This document shows positions 36,595-47,147 of a stretch of DNA of 64,000 nucleotides, piece after piece. The stretch's first letter is position 1. Every line of letters starts with the position of its first letter. The notes beneath the pieces were generated by a model. It was not told the DNA's origin. It saw only the letters and a program-made list of their open reading frames with translations, and searched no databases. Source of the stretch: Rubrivivax sp. (lineage in GTDB: Bacteria > Pseudomonadota > Gammaproteobacteria > Burkholderiales > Burkholderiaceae_C); the NCBI GenBank assembly GCA_051861265.1, contig JBHYDA010000013.1, positions 54,208-118,207 of the forward strand, read 5' to 3'. Both the position numbers and the translations under genes were made by a program.

Positions 36595-38390
36595 CGCGGC
36601 GCCCTCGCCGCATGCGCAGGGGTCTCGGCCGGACCGAGCGGTGCCGGCGCCGTGGGTTGCACCGTCAAGGGGCTGATGGCTTGGACCTGCAAGGCAGCCT
36701 GCAGCTCACGCACACCGAAGTTGAAGAGCCGCCCATAGCGGGACACCACCCGCGTGAGGCCCTGCAAGACGCGCGGGGCTGGCTGCGCCAGGGCGTCAAC
36801 CGCCTCGTTGGCACAACTGCCCAGGGTGCGCAGCAGGTCGTCATCGGTGTCGGGCGTGCGCGGGTTGGTGGCCACCGGCTGGCGCCGCACCATGGCCAGC
36901 ACGCCGTCGTCCAGGCCCCAGTAGCGCGCCACGGCAGCGCCTATCGATTCGATGTCGGTGCCCAGCACCGCGAAGGCCGCACCTTCTTCGGTCATGCCCG
37001 GGTCTTCGCTTTCGCCTTCGCGCGCTGGCGGGGCGGGCTGCATCAGGCGGCGGATCTGTTGGGCTTCGTCAGGGAAGTGGTAGTGCACAACCAGGCGCCC
37101 CAGGTTCTGCAGCAAGGTGATGAGGTACACCACCTCGGCGTCGTAGCCCGCCGGCCGCAGCACCAGCGCCACGCGGGCTGCGCGCCGGCAGCGGTCGAAC
37201 AGGCGCTGCAATTCCGCAGCGCCCACGTCGTTCAAGGGCCCGGGCCAGGGGCGCAGCGCCAGTGCTGCGCGCCGCACCCCATCCAGCCCCAGCATCGCGA
37301 TGGCACGGCGCACCGTGAGCACAGGCCCGCTGCCCGAGATCTGCGCGCCGCGCACCTGGGCCGAGTTCACCAGACGCAGCAGTTCGAAGCTGAGTGCCAT
37401 GTCCTCCAGCACCGCCTCGGCCAGCTCGATCGTCCGCTCGCGCTCCATCATCGCCACGCGGGCGGCCTGGTCGGCCCCGCCCGGCGAGGCCGGCAGCACG
37501 CCCGCTGTGCGCAGCTTGTCGGTCAACAGCACCAGCGGGCCGCCGCCGGTGCTCGATTCGGTGTGCTGGCAGCCTTCCAGCGCACGCAGCAGCGTGCGGG
37601 CATTGCGGTAGCGCTGGCGCTCCTGGCGGTCGGTGGCGCGGTTGACGATGGCGCGCAGCGGCTCGGGCACGGGCTGCGCGGTGGTCCACGGCAGGCGCAC
37701 GATGTCGCGGCCCAGCGGCGGCATGCGTGCGATCACGCGGCCGACATCGGGCTCTTCCAGGGCCGGCTGGCCACACAGCAAGGTGTAGAGCACCAGGCCG
37801 CAGCCCAGCACGTCGCGCTCGGCGGCCTCGCGCTGGCCGCGCAGGCCACCGGCCTCCGTGGCAGTGGTTGGGCCGACCGACAGCATCTCGCTGGCCACGC
37901 CCAGGCCCGCCACGCGGACCTGCCCGCTGTCGCTGACCAGCAGCAGGTGCGGCTGGACGTCGTGGTGGCCGATGCCGGCCTCGTGCGCGTAGGCCAGGCC
38001 CTGCAAGGCTTGCGTCACCCAGGCGGCGGCCTCCAGGCCGGGCATCCCGCGGGGCGACATCTTCTCGGTGAGGGTGGCGCTGTCACGCGGGTCGTAGGCC
38101 ACGTAAGGCCAGCCGTCCTGAACGCCGGTTTCCACCACCCCGGCCAACTGCGGGTGGTTCAGGCGCGAGGCCTGGCGCACGGTCTGCTGCCAGCGCTCCA
38201 TCGCGGCGGCATCGGCGGGCTGCACGCGCGGCAGCACGAGCATCAGTTCCTGGCCGCTGCGCGGGTCGGCCACGCGCCAGGCCATGGTGCGCTCGCTCTT
38301 GCCCAGCAGCCGCAAGAGCTGCATGCGGCCGAACCAGCGCACGGCGGCGGCGCGGCCCGGGGCGGAAGAGTCGGAGGATGACGGTGGCAT
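36591..38390 (-). CDS. Pseudokinase + HDOD domain protein
   Basis: Kinase-fold remnants (LGKSERTMAW, HHDVQPHLLL, GLG, ERYRNAR) without the catalytic motifs; HDOD EDMALSFELLRLVN; 4-bp overlap with the next gene. Confidence 0.8.
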   Translation of the reverse strand: MPPSSSDSSAPGRAAAVRWFGRMQLLRLLGKSERTMAWRVADPRSGQELMLVLPRVQPADAAAMERWQQTVRQASRLNHPQLAGVVETGVQDGWPYVAYDPRDSATLTEKMSPRGMPGLEAAAWVTQALQGLAYAHEAGIGHHDVQPHLLLVSDSGQVRVAGLGVASEMLSVGPTTATEAGGLRGQREAAERDVLGCGLVLYTLLCGQPALEEPDVGRVIARMPPLGRDIVRLPWTTAQPVPEPLRAIVNRATDRQERQRYRNARTLLRALEGCQHTESSTGGGPLVLLTDKLRTAGVLPASPGGADQAARVAMMERERTIELAEAVLEDMALSFELLRLVNSAQVRGAQISGSGPVLTVRRAIAMLGLDGVRRAALALRPWPGPLNDVGAAELQRLFDRCRRAARVALVLRPAGYDAEVVYLITLLQNLGRLVVHYHFPDEAQQIRRLMQPAPPAREGESEDPGMTEEGAAFAVLGTDIESIGAAVARYWGLDDGVLAMVRRQPVATNPRTPDTDDDLLRTLGSCANEAVDALAQPAPRVLQGLTRVVSRYGRLFNFGVRELQAALQVQAISPLTVQPTAPAPLGPAETPAHAARAPR

Positions 38391-38605
38391 GGCAAGGCAA
38401 TTGAAACCTGTGGCCAGCACCGACCAAGCCCGGAACAACGCGGTTTCCAACCGGCAGTTCCCTCGCGAGAGCGGTGCCGCAGGCTATCGGCACGATCGGC
38501 AGATTCACAGGCGCGCGGGTCGGTGGGCCAGAGGGGATGTGACAAAATCCAGCCGGCTGCATGTCCGCACCGGTCGTGCCTGGTGCCGCAGCCCCGGAGA
38601 CCCCC

Positions 38606-38935
38606 ATGAGCAGTGAACTGATCAAACACATCACCGACGACTCTTTCGACAGCGACGTGCTGTCGGCCGACAAGCCCGTGCTCGTCGATTACTGGGCCGA
38701 GTGGTGTGGCCCCTGCAAGATGATCGCCCCCATCCTCGACGAGGTGTCGAAGGCCTACGAAGGGCGCCTGCAGATCGCGAAGATGAACGTCGACGAGAAC
38801 CGCGACGTGCCGGCCAAGTTCGGCATCCGCGGCATCCCGACGCTGATGATCTTCAAGGGCGGCCAGCTCGCGGCCACCAAGGTGGGGGCGCTCAGCAAGG
38901 CGCAGCTCACCGCCTTCATCGACACCCACCTATAA
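38606..38935 (+). CDS. trxA: Thioredoxin 1
   Basis: [15 protein letters not shown]. Confidence 0.97.
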   Translation: MSSELIKHITDDSFDSDVLSADKPVLVDYWAEWCGPCKMIAPILDEVSKAYEGRLQIAKMNVDENRDVPAKFGIRGIPTLMIFKGGQLAATKVGALSKAQLTAFIDTHL

Positions 38936-39139
38936 TCTTCGTCACCGACGGGCGTTTGAACCGCCCGCCGGCTGACCCGCCACCCGCTTGCCCCGCCAGC
39001 CCACGCTGGCGCGAACAAGGCCCGCACACGGCCTGCAGCGTTGGTCCGGCGCCAACCACCCGCGACATGCGCCTGCAGCCGGCTCCCCCGAGCCCGCTGC
39101 CTCCCATGCGCAACGCAACTGCCCCCGAGGGTGCCATCC

Positions 39140-40405
39140 ATGCACTTGTCCGAACTGAAGGCCCAGCACGTTTCCGAGCTCATCACGATGGGCGAGGCGC
39201 TGGAGATCGAGAACGTCGCCCGCCTGCGCAAGCAGGAACTGATGTTCGCGATCATGAAGAAGCGCGCGAAGGCCGGTGAGCAGGTATTCGGCGACGGCGT
39301 GCTCGAAGTGCTGCCTGACGGCTTCGGCTTCCTGCGAAGCATCGAGGCCAGCTACATGGCCAGCACCGATGACATCTACCTGAGCCCGAGCCAGATCCGC
39401 CGCTTCAACCTGCACACAGGCGACATGGTGGAAGGTGAAGTGCGCGTGCCCAAGGACGGTGAACGTTATTTCGCGCTGGTCAAGGTCGACCGCGTGAACG
39501 GCGTGACGCCCGAGGAGAGCAAGCACAAGATCATGTTCGAGAACCTGACGCCCTTGTTCCCCAAGGAGCAGTTCAAGCTTGAGCGCGACAACTTCAAGGG
39601 CGAAGAGAACGTCACCAGCCGCATCATCGACCTCATCGCGCCCATCGGCAAAGGCCAGCGCGCGCTGCTGGTGGCGCAGCCCAAGACCGGCAAGACGGTC
39701 ATGATGAAGCAGATCGCGCACGCGCTGGTGGCCAACCACCCCGAGGTGCACCTGATCGTGCTGCTGGTCGACGAGCGACCCGAAGAAGTGACCGAGATGG
39801 TCCGCGGCGTGCGCGGCGAAGTGATCAGCTCCACCTTCGACGAACCCGCCGCGCGCCACGTGCAGGTCGCCGAGATGGTGATCGAGCGCGCCAAGCGCCT
39901 GGTCGAACTCAAGAAAGACGTGGTGATCCTTCTCGACAGCATCACCCGCCTGGCCCGCGCCTACAACAACGTGCTGCCGAGCTCGGGCAAGGTGCTGACC
40001 GGCGGTGTCGACGCCAACGCGCTGCAGCGCCCCAAGCGCTTCTTCGGCGCAGCCCGCAACGTGGAAGAAGGCGGCAGCCTCACCATCATCGGCACGGCCC
40101 TGATCGACACCGGCTCCAAGATGGACGAGGTCATCTACGAAGAGTTCAAGGGCACCGGCAACTGCGAGATCCACCTCGATCGCCGCATGGCCGAGAAGCG
40201 CGTCTATCCGTCCATCCTGATCAACAAGAGCGGCACGCGCCGTGAAGAGCTGCTGCTCAAGCCGGAGATCCTGCAAAAGAGCTGGATCCTGCGCAAGCTG
40301 CTCTACAACATGGACGAGATCGAGGCGATGGAGTTCGTGCTCGACAAGATGAAGCAGAGCAAGAACAACCTCGACTTCTTCGACATGATGCGCCGCGGCG
40401 GCTGA
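39140..40405 (+). CDS. rho: Transcription termination factor Rho
   Basis: [33 protein letters not shown]. Confidence 0.98.
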   Translation: MHLSELKAQHVSELITMGEALEIENVARLRKQELMFAIMKKRAKAGEQVFGDGVLEVLPDGFGFLRSIEASYMASTDDIYLSPSQIRRFNLHTGDMVEGEVRVPKDGERYFALVKVDRVNGVTPEESKHKIMFENLTPLFPKEQFKLERDNFKGEENVTSRIIDLIAPIGKGQRALLVAQPKTGKTVMMKQIAHALVANHPEVHLIVLLVDERPEEVTEMVRGVRGEVISSTFDEPAARHVQVAEMVIERAKRLVELKKDVVILLDSITRLARAYNNVLPSSGKVLTGGVDANALQRPKRFFGAARNVEEGGSLTIIGTALIDTGSKMDEVIYEEFKGTGNCEIHLDRRMAEKRVYPSILINKSGTRREELLLKPEILQKSWILRKLLYNMDEIEAMEFVLDKMKQSKNNLDFFDMMRRGG

Positions 40406-40532
40406 CGCTGCGCGCTGATCTATAATCCTGGGTTTTTCGCCGCAGACGGCAAGTCGGTGGCGAGGTTTTCAGCCCCCCCGGCAAGTGCGTTGCACGGTGC
40501 AACGTGGCTCCCGAACAGCAAAGAGGCATGTG

Positions 40533-40793
40533 ATGAAAGACGGCATTCACCCGAACTACCGCGAGGTCTGCTTCCAGGACCTGTCCAACGGCTTCAAGTT
40601 CGTGACGCGTTCGTGCGCCCCGACCCGCGAGTCGATCAAGATGGAAGACGGCCGTGAGCTGCCGCTCATCAAGCTGGAAACCACCAGCGAGACGCACCCG
40701 TTCTACACCGGCACGCAGAAGAGCGTGGACAACCTGGGCGGCCGCGTCGAGAAGTTCCGCAACAAGTTTGCGCACCTCAAGAAGACCGCCTGA
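40533..40793 (+). CDS. rpmE: 50S ribosomal protein bL31, type B (zinc-independent form)
   Basis: [24 protein letters not shown]; lacks the CxC...CxxC zinc motif. Confidence 0.95.
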   Translation: MKDGIHPNYREVCFQDLSNGFKFVTRSCAPTRESIKMEDGRELPLIKLETTSETHPFYTGTQKSVDNLGGRVEKFRNKFAHLKKTA

Positions 40794-40825
40794 GTCTGTG
40801 GCCGCTGGCCACCGCTCGGAACATC

Positions 40826-40850
40826 AAAGGCAGCTTCGGCTGCCTTTTTT
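40826..40850 (+). terminator. Intrinsic terminator after rpmE
   Basis: AAAGGCAGC-TTCG-GCTGCCTTT followed by a T-run. Confidence 0.9.
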
Positions 40851-40928
40851 GTCGCCTGCGCAGCCCCTGCTCGCCGGGCCTGGCCTTCGGCGGCCGATGG
40901 CCTGCGCTTCGCTAGCATCGCCCTTGCC

Positions 40929-42605
40929 GTGAACAGCCCCAAGCCCGCCCTCGTCACCGCCCGCGGCGCACGCCGCCTGCCGCGCATCCCCTTGCTGCTC
41001 CTGTGCGCGGCCTACCTGCTGCCCGGGCTGGTGGGGCGCGACCCGTGGCGCCACGCCGATGTCACGGCCTTCGGCCAGATGATCGCCATTGCCGAGGGCC
41101 GAACGCCTTGGTGGGGGCCCATGCTCGGCGGTGTGCCGGCCGACACCGCGCTGCTGCCGCATTGGCTGGGCGCGGCCTTCATCCTGGCCGGCCAGGGCTG
41201 GATGGACGCGGCCTTCGCAGCCCGCCTGCCCTTCGCGCTGCTGCTGGCCCTGACGCTGGCGTTGACCTGGTACACCACCTTCCACCTCGCCCGCACCGAC
41301 GCCGCGCAGCCGGTGCCCTTTGCCTTCGGCGGCGAGGCCTCACCGGTGGACTACGCGCGCGCCGTGGCCGACGGTGCCGTGCTGGCCTTGATGGCGACGC
41401 TCGGCCTGCTGCAACTGGGACACGAGACCACGCCCGAGCTCGGCCAGCTGTGCGCGATGACGCTCTACCTCTACGCGCTGGCCGCCGCACCTTCGCGCCC
41501 GTGGCTCTCGCGCGCTGCCGTGCTCGCCGCCCTGCCCTTGCTGGCCGGCAGCGGCGCGCCCAGCATGGCCATGGCCGCGGGCCTGGCCGGGCTGGTGGTG
41601 TGTGCGCTCTCGCGCTACGCGCAAGTGCGGGCCTTCACGGTGTGGGTGGCCGTTTCCATGGCGGCCGCCGCGTTGCTGGCCATGGCCATGGGCGCCTGGC
41701 GCTGGCGCAGCCACGGGCTCGGGCCCGACGATCTGGCCTCGATGGCCCGTCAATGGCTCTGGTTCCTGTGGCCGGTGTGGCCGCTGGCACTGTGGACCTT
41801 GTGGCGCTGGCGGCGCCAGCTCTCGCACCGGCACATCTCGGTGCCTTTGGTCGGCGTGGCAGTGGCCTTGGCGGCCAATGTGGCCATGGCGGGCAGCGAC
41901 CGCGCGCTGATGCTGGGTCTGCCCGGCATGGCGGTGCTGGCCGCCTTCGCGTTGCCCACGCTCAAGCGCAGCGCCGCGGCGGCCGTCGACTGGTTCTCGA
42001 TGTGCTTCTTCACGCTGTGCGCTATCACCATCTGGGTCATCTATGCCGCCATGCAGACCGGCACACCGGCCAAGCCGGCGGGCAACGTGGCCAAGCTCGC
42101 GCCAGGCTTCGAGGCGCCCTTCTCTGCCCTGGCTTTGGCCGCCGCCCTGGCCGGCACGCTGGCCTGGGTGTGGCTGGTGCGCTGGCGCACCGGCCGGCAC
42201 CGCGAAGCGCTCTGGAAGAGCCTGGTGCTGCCTGCTGGGGGCGTGGCGCTGTGCTGGCTGCTGCTGATGACGCTGTGGCTGCCCCTGCTCGACTACGCGC
42301 GCAGCCCGCGCGCCCTGGTGCAGCGCGTGGCCACGCTGGTGCCGCCGCAGGCCTGTATCGCCGGGCCGACGCTGGCGCCTTCCACCGTGGCAGCGCTGGA
42401 GCACTTCGGCCGCTGGCGTGTGGATGCACGTCCAGCGGCACTGTCCGGCCCTTGCGGCTACCTGCTGCAGGTGAGCAAGCAACGGCCGTTGCCGCCGGCC
42501 GCGCCGGGTTGGGTGCTGGTGGGTGAAGTCAAGCGGCCGACCGACCGCGACGAGATCACGCAGGTGTTGCGTCGCGCGCGCCCTGAAGCGCCAGACGGCC
42601 GCTGA
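40929..42605 (+). CDS. ArnT/GT39-like (GT-C) membrane glycosyltransferase
   Basis: GRDPWRHAD periplasmic motif, HETTPE, about 12 TM segments. Confidence 0.75.
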   Translation: MNSPKPALVTARGARRLPRIPLLLLCAAYLLPGLVGRDPWRHADVTAFGQMIAIAEGRTPWWGPMLGGVPADTALLPHWLGAAFILAGQGWMDAAFAARLPFALLLALTLALTWYTTFHLARTDAAQPVPFAFGGEASPVDYARAVADGAVLALMATLGLLQLGHETTPELGQLCAMTLYLYALAAAPSRPWLSRAAVLAALPLLAGSGAPSMAMAAGLAGLVVCALSRYAQVRAFTVWVAVSMAAAALLAMAMGAWRWRSHGLGPDDLASMARQWLWFLWPVWPLALWTLWRWRRQLSHRHISVPLVGVAVALAANVAMAGSDRALMLGLPGMAVLAAFALPTLKRSAAAAVDWFSMCFFTLCAITIWVIYAAMQTGTPAKPAGNVAKLAPGFEAPFSALALAAALAGTLAWVWLVRWRTGRHREALWKSLVLPAGGVALCWLLLMTLWLPLLDYARSPRALVQRVATLVPPQACIAGPTLAPSTVAALEHFGRWRVDARPAALSGPCGYLLQVSKQRPLPPAAPGWVLVGEVKRPTDRDEITQVLRRARPEAPDGR

Positions 42606-42620
42606 GTCGGCCCTGGCCGA

Positions 42621-43958
42621 TCAGGCCGGCAGCACCTCGGCCACCACGCGCTTGTGGCGCACGCGCAGCGCCGGCAGGCTGAGCCGGAAGCAACTGCCCT
42701 TGCCAGGTTCGCTCTGCACGTCGATCTCGCCGCCATGGCGCTGCGCCACGTGCTTGACGATGGACAGGCCCAGGCCCGTGCCGCCGGTGTCGCGCGAGCG
42801 GCTGCCGTCGACGCGGTAGAAGCGCTCGGTCAAGCGGGCCAGGTGCTCGCGCGCGATGCCGATGCCGGTGTCCTGCACCTCGATGACAGCGCCGCCGTCG
42901 CCGCGCCAGAGCCAGCGCAGCACGATGCTGCCGCCCTCGGGCGTGTAGCGGACGGCGTTGTTGAGCAGGTTGGTGACGGCGCTGAGCAACTCGGTGTCGC
43001 TGCCGGCAACTTCTGCGTCTTCTGCACCCTCGATGCTGAGGACGTGCCGCCCGGCCGACAGCAGCTCAGCGTCTTGCAAGGCCTGACGCAGCAGCGGCTC
43101 CATCGCGCACCAGCGGTCGGGCGCAGGCCGCGGGCTGCCTTCCAGGCGCGCCAGCGTCAACAGGTCGCCCACCAGCGCCTGCATGCGGTCGGTTTGCTGC
43201 GACATCAGGTGCATCACGCGCTGGCGCTCCACCTCGGTGAGCGGCAGTTGCGCCAGCGTCTCGATGAAGCCCGACAGCACGGTCAGCGGCGTGCGGATCT
43301 CGTGCGAGACGTTGGCCACGAAGTCGCGCCGCATCGCTTCGGCGCGCTCGCGTTCGGTGATGTCCTGCGACAGCACGAGCTTCATGCCTTCGCCATAAGG
43401 GCGCACCAGCACCGACAGCGTGCTGCGGCCCAGCGGCCCGCTGAACTCCACCGACTCGCCGAAGCGCCCGGCCTGCAGGTGGCTGACGAAGGCCGGCATG
43501 CGCACGAGATTGGTGACGCGTTGGCGGCGGTCGCGTTCGGGGTCGAGCCCGAAGTGCTCGGCGGCCACCGAGTTGCACCATTCGATCTGGTCGGCGCCGT
43601 CGAGCAGCATCACGCCGTTGGGTGAAGCTTCGATGGCCGACAGGAACTGCGCCAGCCGGTCACGCTCCTGCTGGATGCTCAGCTCGCGGCCGCGCACGGC
43701 GCGCTCCACTCGGTAAGCCAGCTCGCCCCAGAAGCCGCTGTCGCGGGGGGCCGAGCCCGTGAGCGGACCGCGCAACCAGTTCATCAGCCCCTGGCCTCGC
43801 CAGGAATCGCGCAAGACCAGCGCAGTGAACGCGAGCAGCCCGCCGCCAGCGGCGCCCAGGCTCCAGGAGCCCAGGCCACTGCCGAACAAGGCGCCTGACA
43901 AGCTGCCCAGCAAGACAGCCAGCAAGGCTGCCAGCGTGCGGGCGAGCCACCATCCCAT
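42621..43958 (-). CDS. phoR: Phosphate regulon sensor kinase
   Basis: PAS domain, FVANVSHEIRTPLT, NAVRYT, DTGIGI, GGTGLGL. Confidence 0.95.
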   Translation of the reverse strand: MGWWLARTLAALLAVLLGSLSGALFGSGLGSWSLGAAGGGLLAFTALVLRDSWRGQGLMNWLRGPLTGSAPRDSGFWGELAYRVERAVRGRELSIQQERDRLAQFLSAIEASPNGVMLLDGADQIEWCNSVAAEHFGLDPERDRRQRVTNLVRMPAFVSHLQAGRFGESVEFSGPLGRSTLSVLVRPYGEGMKLVLSQDITERERAEAMRRDFVANVSHEIRTPLTVLSGFIETLAQLPLTEVERQRVMHLMSQQTDRMQALVGDLLTLARLEGSPRPAPDRWCAMEPLLRQALQDAELLSAGRHVLSIEGAEDAEVAGSDTELLSAVTNLLNNAVRYTPEGGSIVLRWLWRGDGGAVIEVQDTGIGIAREHLARLTERFYRVDGSRSRDTGGTGLGLSIVKHVAQRHGGEIDVQSEPGKGSCFRLSLPALRVRHKRVVAEVLPA

Positions 43959-43977
43959 CAGGAAATCGCCCCAGGCT

Positions 43978-44703
43978 CTAGGCGGCCACGCTGCCGAGCT
44001 GCTGGGTCAGCCGGTAGCCTGCGCCGCGCACGGTCTCGATGAGACCCGCGCATTGCACCGGCTGCAGGGCCTCGCGCAGGCGCTTGACATGCACGTCGAC
44101 CGTGCGCTCTTCGATGAAGACGTGGTCGCCCCAAACGCGGTCGAGCAACTGCGCACGGCTGTGCACGCGCTCAGGATGTGTCATCAGGAAGTGCAACAGG
44201 CGGAACTCGGTGGGCCCGATCTTGGCTTCGCGCAGGGCTTCGCCCTCGTCGGTATCGACGCGGCGCGTCACACGGCGCGTGGCCGGGTCCAGGCGCAGGC
44301 CGCAGACCTCGACGGCGCTGTCCAGCGCCTCGGGTGCCTTGCGGCGCAGCACGGCGCGGATGCGTGCCAGCAGTTCCTTGGGCGAAAAGGGCTTGGTCAG
44401 GTAGTCGTCGGCACCAGCGTCCAGGCCGGCCACCTTGTCGGTCTCGTCGGCGCGGGCGGTGAGCATGATCACCGGCAGATCGCGCGTGCGCGCCTCGCTG
44501 CGCCAACGGCGTGCCAGCTGCAGGCCCGTCTGGCCGGGCAGCATCCAGTCCACCAGCACCAGGTCGGGCAGCACACGGTCGACCTCGCGGTTGGCGGCCT
44601 CGGCATCGGTGGCGATGCGAACCTCGAAGCCCGCGTGACGCAGGTTGATCGCGATGAGCTCGGCGATGGCGGTTTCGTCTTCGACGACGAGGATGGAACT
44701 CAT
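43978..44703 (-). CDS. phoB: Phosphate regulon response regulator
   Basis: LVDWMLPG, GADDYLTKPFS, GPTEFRLL, ERTVDVHVKRLR. Confidence 0.97.
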   Translation of the reverse strand: MSSILVVEDETAIAELIAINLRHAGFEVRIATDAEAANREVDRVLPDLVLVDWMLPGQTGLQLARRWRSEARTRDLPVIMLTARADETDKVAGLDAGADDYLTKPFSPKELLARIRAVLRRKAPEALDSAVEVCGLRLDPATRRVTRRVDTDEGEALREAKIGPTEFRLLHFLMTHPERVHSRAQLLDRVWGDHVFIEERTVDVHVKRLREALQPVQCAGLIETVRGAGYRLTQQLGSVAA

Positions 44704-44721
44704 GCTGTGCCCCTGCCCTTT

Positions 44722-45429
44722 TCAGCGCACTGCGTCTTCGACGTTCTGCATCGAGGTGTGCCGCACGTCGGTGCCTTTGACCACGTAGATGATGGCCTCG
44801 GCCAGGTTCTTGGCGTGGTCGCCCACACGCTCGATGGCCTTGGCCACGAACACGAGGTCGATGCTGGAAGAGATGGTGCGCGGGTCTTCCATCATGTAGG
44901 TGATCAGCTTGCGCAGCAGGCCGTCGAACTCCTGGTCGATCTGGTCGTCCTGCTTCAGCACTTCCAGCGCGCGCGCAGTGTCCAGGCGCGCGAAGGCGTC
45001 CAGCGCCTTGCGCAGCTGGGCGATGGCCAGTTCAGATTCGAAGCCCAGGTCGGCCACCGGCAGCCGCAGCCGCGACGACACGCCCGAGTTCAACAGGCGC
45101 TGCACCGTGCGCGCGATGCGCGCGGCCTCGTCGCCCACGCGCTCGAGGTTGGCGATGGTCTTGCTGATGGCGATCAGCAGGCGCAGATCGCGCGCCGTGG
45201 GCTGGCGGCGCGCGATGATGGCCGACAGATCGCGATCGATCTCGACTTCCATCTGGTTCACGCGCTCTTCGCCCTGCAGCACGACGCTGGCGATCTCGCC
45301 GCTGAAGTTGGTCAGGGCGTGCACGGCCTGCACGACCTGCGATTCAACGAGACCGCCCATCTCGAGCACGCGCGTGGAGATGCCGCTGAGTTCGGCGTCG
45401 AACTGGGTCGAGAGGTGTTTGTCGCTCAT
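44722..45429 (-). CDS. phoU: Phosphate signalling protein PhoU
   Basis: QPTARDLR, LERVGD, IERVGDHAKN. Confidence 0.97.
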   Translation of the reverse strand: MSDKHLSTQFDAELSGISTRVLEMGGLVESQVVQAVHALTNFSGEIASVVLQGEERVNQMEVEIDRDLSAIIARRQPTARDLRLLIAISKTIANLERVGDEAARIARTVQRLLNSGVSSRLRLPVADLGFESELAIAQLRKALDAFARLDTARALEVLKQDDQIDQEFDGLLRKLITYMMEDPRTISSSIDLVFVAKAIERVGDHAKNLAEAIIYVVKGTDVRHTSMQNVEDAVR

Positions 45430-45478
45430 GGTGATGCTCGGTCAAGGGCCAGGGCTGGCTGGCGGGGGCAACGCATCA

Positions 45479-46264
45479 TCAGCCGAAACGGCCGGTGATG
45501 TAGTCCTCGGTGTCCTTCTTCTTGGGCTTCATGAAGAGCTCGGACGTGGGGCCGAACTCGACCAGGTCGCCCAGGTACATGTAGGCCGTGTAGTCGCTGC
45601 AGCGGGCGGCCTGCTGCATGTTGTGGGTGACGATCATCACCGTGTAGTCGGCCTTGAGCTCGTGGATCAGCTCTTCGATCTTGCCGGTGCTGATGGGGTC
45701 CAGCGCCGAGCACGGTTCATCCAGCAACAGCACCTCGGGCTTGATCGCGATGCCGCGCGCGATGCACAGGCGCTGCTGCTGGCCGCCGGAGAGGCTGGCG
45801 CCGCTCTGGTCGAGCTTGTCCTTCACCTCGCCCCAGAGCGCGGCCTTCTTGAGGGCCCACTCCACGCGCTCGTCCATCTCCACGCGCGGCAGGGTCTCGA
45901 ACAGGCGCACGCCGAAAGCGATGTTGTCGTAGATCGACATCGGAAACGGCGTGGGCTTCTGGAAGACCATGCCGATCTTGGCGCGGATCAGCGTGACATC
46001 GCGCTTGCTCTTGAGGATGTCTTCCCCGTCGACGCTGATGCTGCCTTCGGCGCGCTGTTCGGGGTAGAGCTCGAACATGCGGTTGAAGGTGCGCAGCAGC
46101 GTGCTCTTGCCACAACCCGAAGGCCCGATGAAGGCCGTGACCTTGCGCTCAGGGATGTCGAGGTTGATGTGCTTCAGCGCGTGGAAGCTGCCGTAGTAGA
46201 AGTTCAGGTCGCGCACCGAGATCTTCACGCGCTCGGTGGTGGGCAGGTCGACACGGGTGTCCAT
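45479..46264 (-). CDS. pstB: Phosphate ABC transporter ATPase
   Basis: [34 protein letters not shown]. Confidence 0.97.
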   Translation of the reverse strand: MDTRVDLPTTERVKISVRDLNFYYGSFHALKHINLDIPERKVTAFIGPSGCGKSTLLRTFNRMFELYPEQRAEGSISVDGEDILKSKRDVTLIRAKIGMVFQKPTPFPMSIYDNIAFGVRLFETLPRVEMDERVEWALKKAALWGEVKDKLDQSGASLSGGQQQRLCIARGIAIKPEVLLLDEPCSALDPISTGKIEELIHELKADYTVMIVTHNMQQAARCSDYTAYMYLGDLVEFGPTSELFMKPKKKDTEDYITGRFG

Positions 46265-46277
46265 GTGGGGGCCTTGC

Positions 46278-47147
46278 TTATTGCTTGTTGCGGAAGAGCA
46301 CGCGCGCCAGGATGTTGAGCGCGAGCACACCGATGGTGATCAGGAAGACACCGGCCCAGGCCAGCTCTTGCCAGTTCTGGTAAGGGCTCATGGCGAACTT
46401 GAAGATCGTCACCGGCAGGCTGGCCATGGGCTCGCCCAGGCTGGTGGTGAAGAACTGGTTCGACAGGGCCGTGAAGAGCAGCGGTGCGGTTTCGCCAGCG
46501 ATGCGCGCCAGGGCCAACAGGATGCCGGTGACCACGCCCGCGCGTGCCGCCTTCAGCGTGACCGAAGCGATCACCTTCCACTTCGGCGTGCCCAAAGCGT
46601 AGGCGGCCTCGCGCAGAGCGTTCGGGATCAGGCTGAGCATGTTCTCGGTGGTGCGCACGACCACCGGGATGACGATCAGCGCCAAGGCCAGCACGCCGGC
46701 AAAACCCGAGAAGCTCTTGGTCGTGGCCACCACGGCCGAGTAGATGAACAGACCGATGACGATGGACGGTGCCGACAGCAGGATGTCGTTGATGAAGCCC
46801 GTCACCGCGCCCAGCCAGGTGCGCTTGCCGTACTCGGCCAGGTACACCCCTGCCATCACGCCGATGGGCGTGCCCAGGGCCGTGGCCAGTGTCACCATGA
46901 TCAGCGAACCTACGATGGCGTTGGCCAGGCCACCTGTCTCGGCCAGCGGCGGCGGCGTCGATTCGGTGAACACCGAAACCGCCAGGCCGCCGACGCCGAG
47001 GCGCACGGTCTCGATCAGGATCCAGATCAGCCAGAACAGGCCGAAGGCCATGGCGGTCAGCGCCAGCGTCAGCGAGACGGCATTGACGATCTTGCGCTTG
47101 CGGTGCAACGCCGTGCGGCGTGCATCCATGTGCATGAACGAGCTCAT
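46278..47147 (-). CDS. pstA: Phosphate ABC transporter permease
   Basis: [26 protein letters not shown]. Confidence 0.95.
   Translation of the reverse strand: MSSFMHMDARRTALHRKRKIVNAVSLTLALTAMAFGLFWLIWILIETVRLGVGGLAVSVFTESTPPPLAETGGLANAIVGSLIMVTLATALGTPIGVMAGVYLAEYGKRTWLGAVTGFINDILLSAPSIVIGLFIYSAVVATTKSFSGFAGVLALALIVIPVVVRTTENMLSLIPNALREAAYALGTPKWKVIASVTLKAARAGVVTGILLALARIAGETAPLLFTALSNQFFTTSLGEPMASLPVTIFKFAMSPYQNWQELAWAGVFLITIGVLALNILARVLFRNKQ

Noticed and set aside
39068-39279. Out-of-frame ORF overlapping the rho start as a rhoL-like leader peptide
   Set aside because: No SD or distinctive codon run, and it extends far into rho; more likely incidental.
44225-44275. Short acidic insertion in PhoB (VDTDEGEAL), and a similar one in the RlmD TRAM domain (63900-63955)
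   Set aside because: Probably surface-loop indels; all functional motifs are intact.
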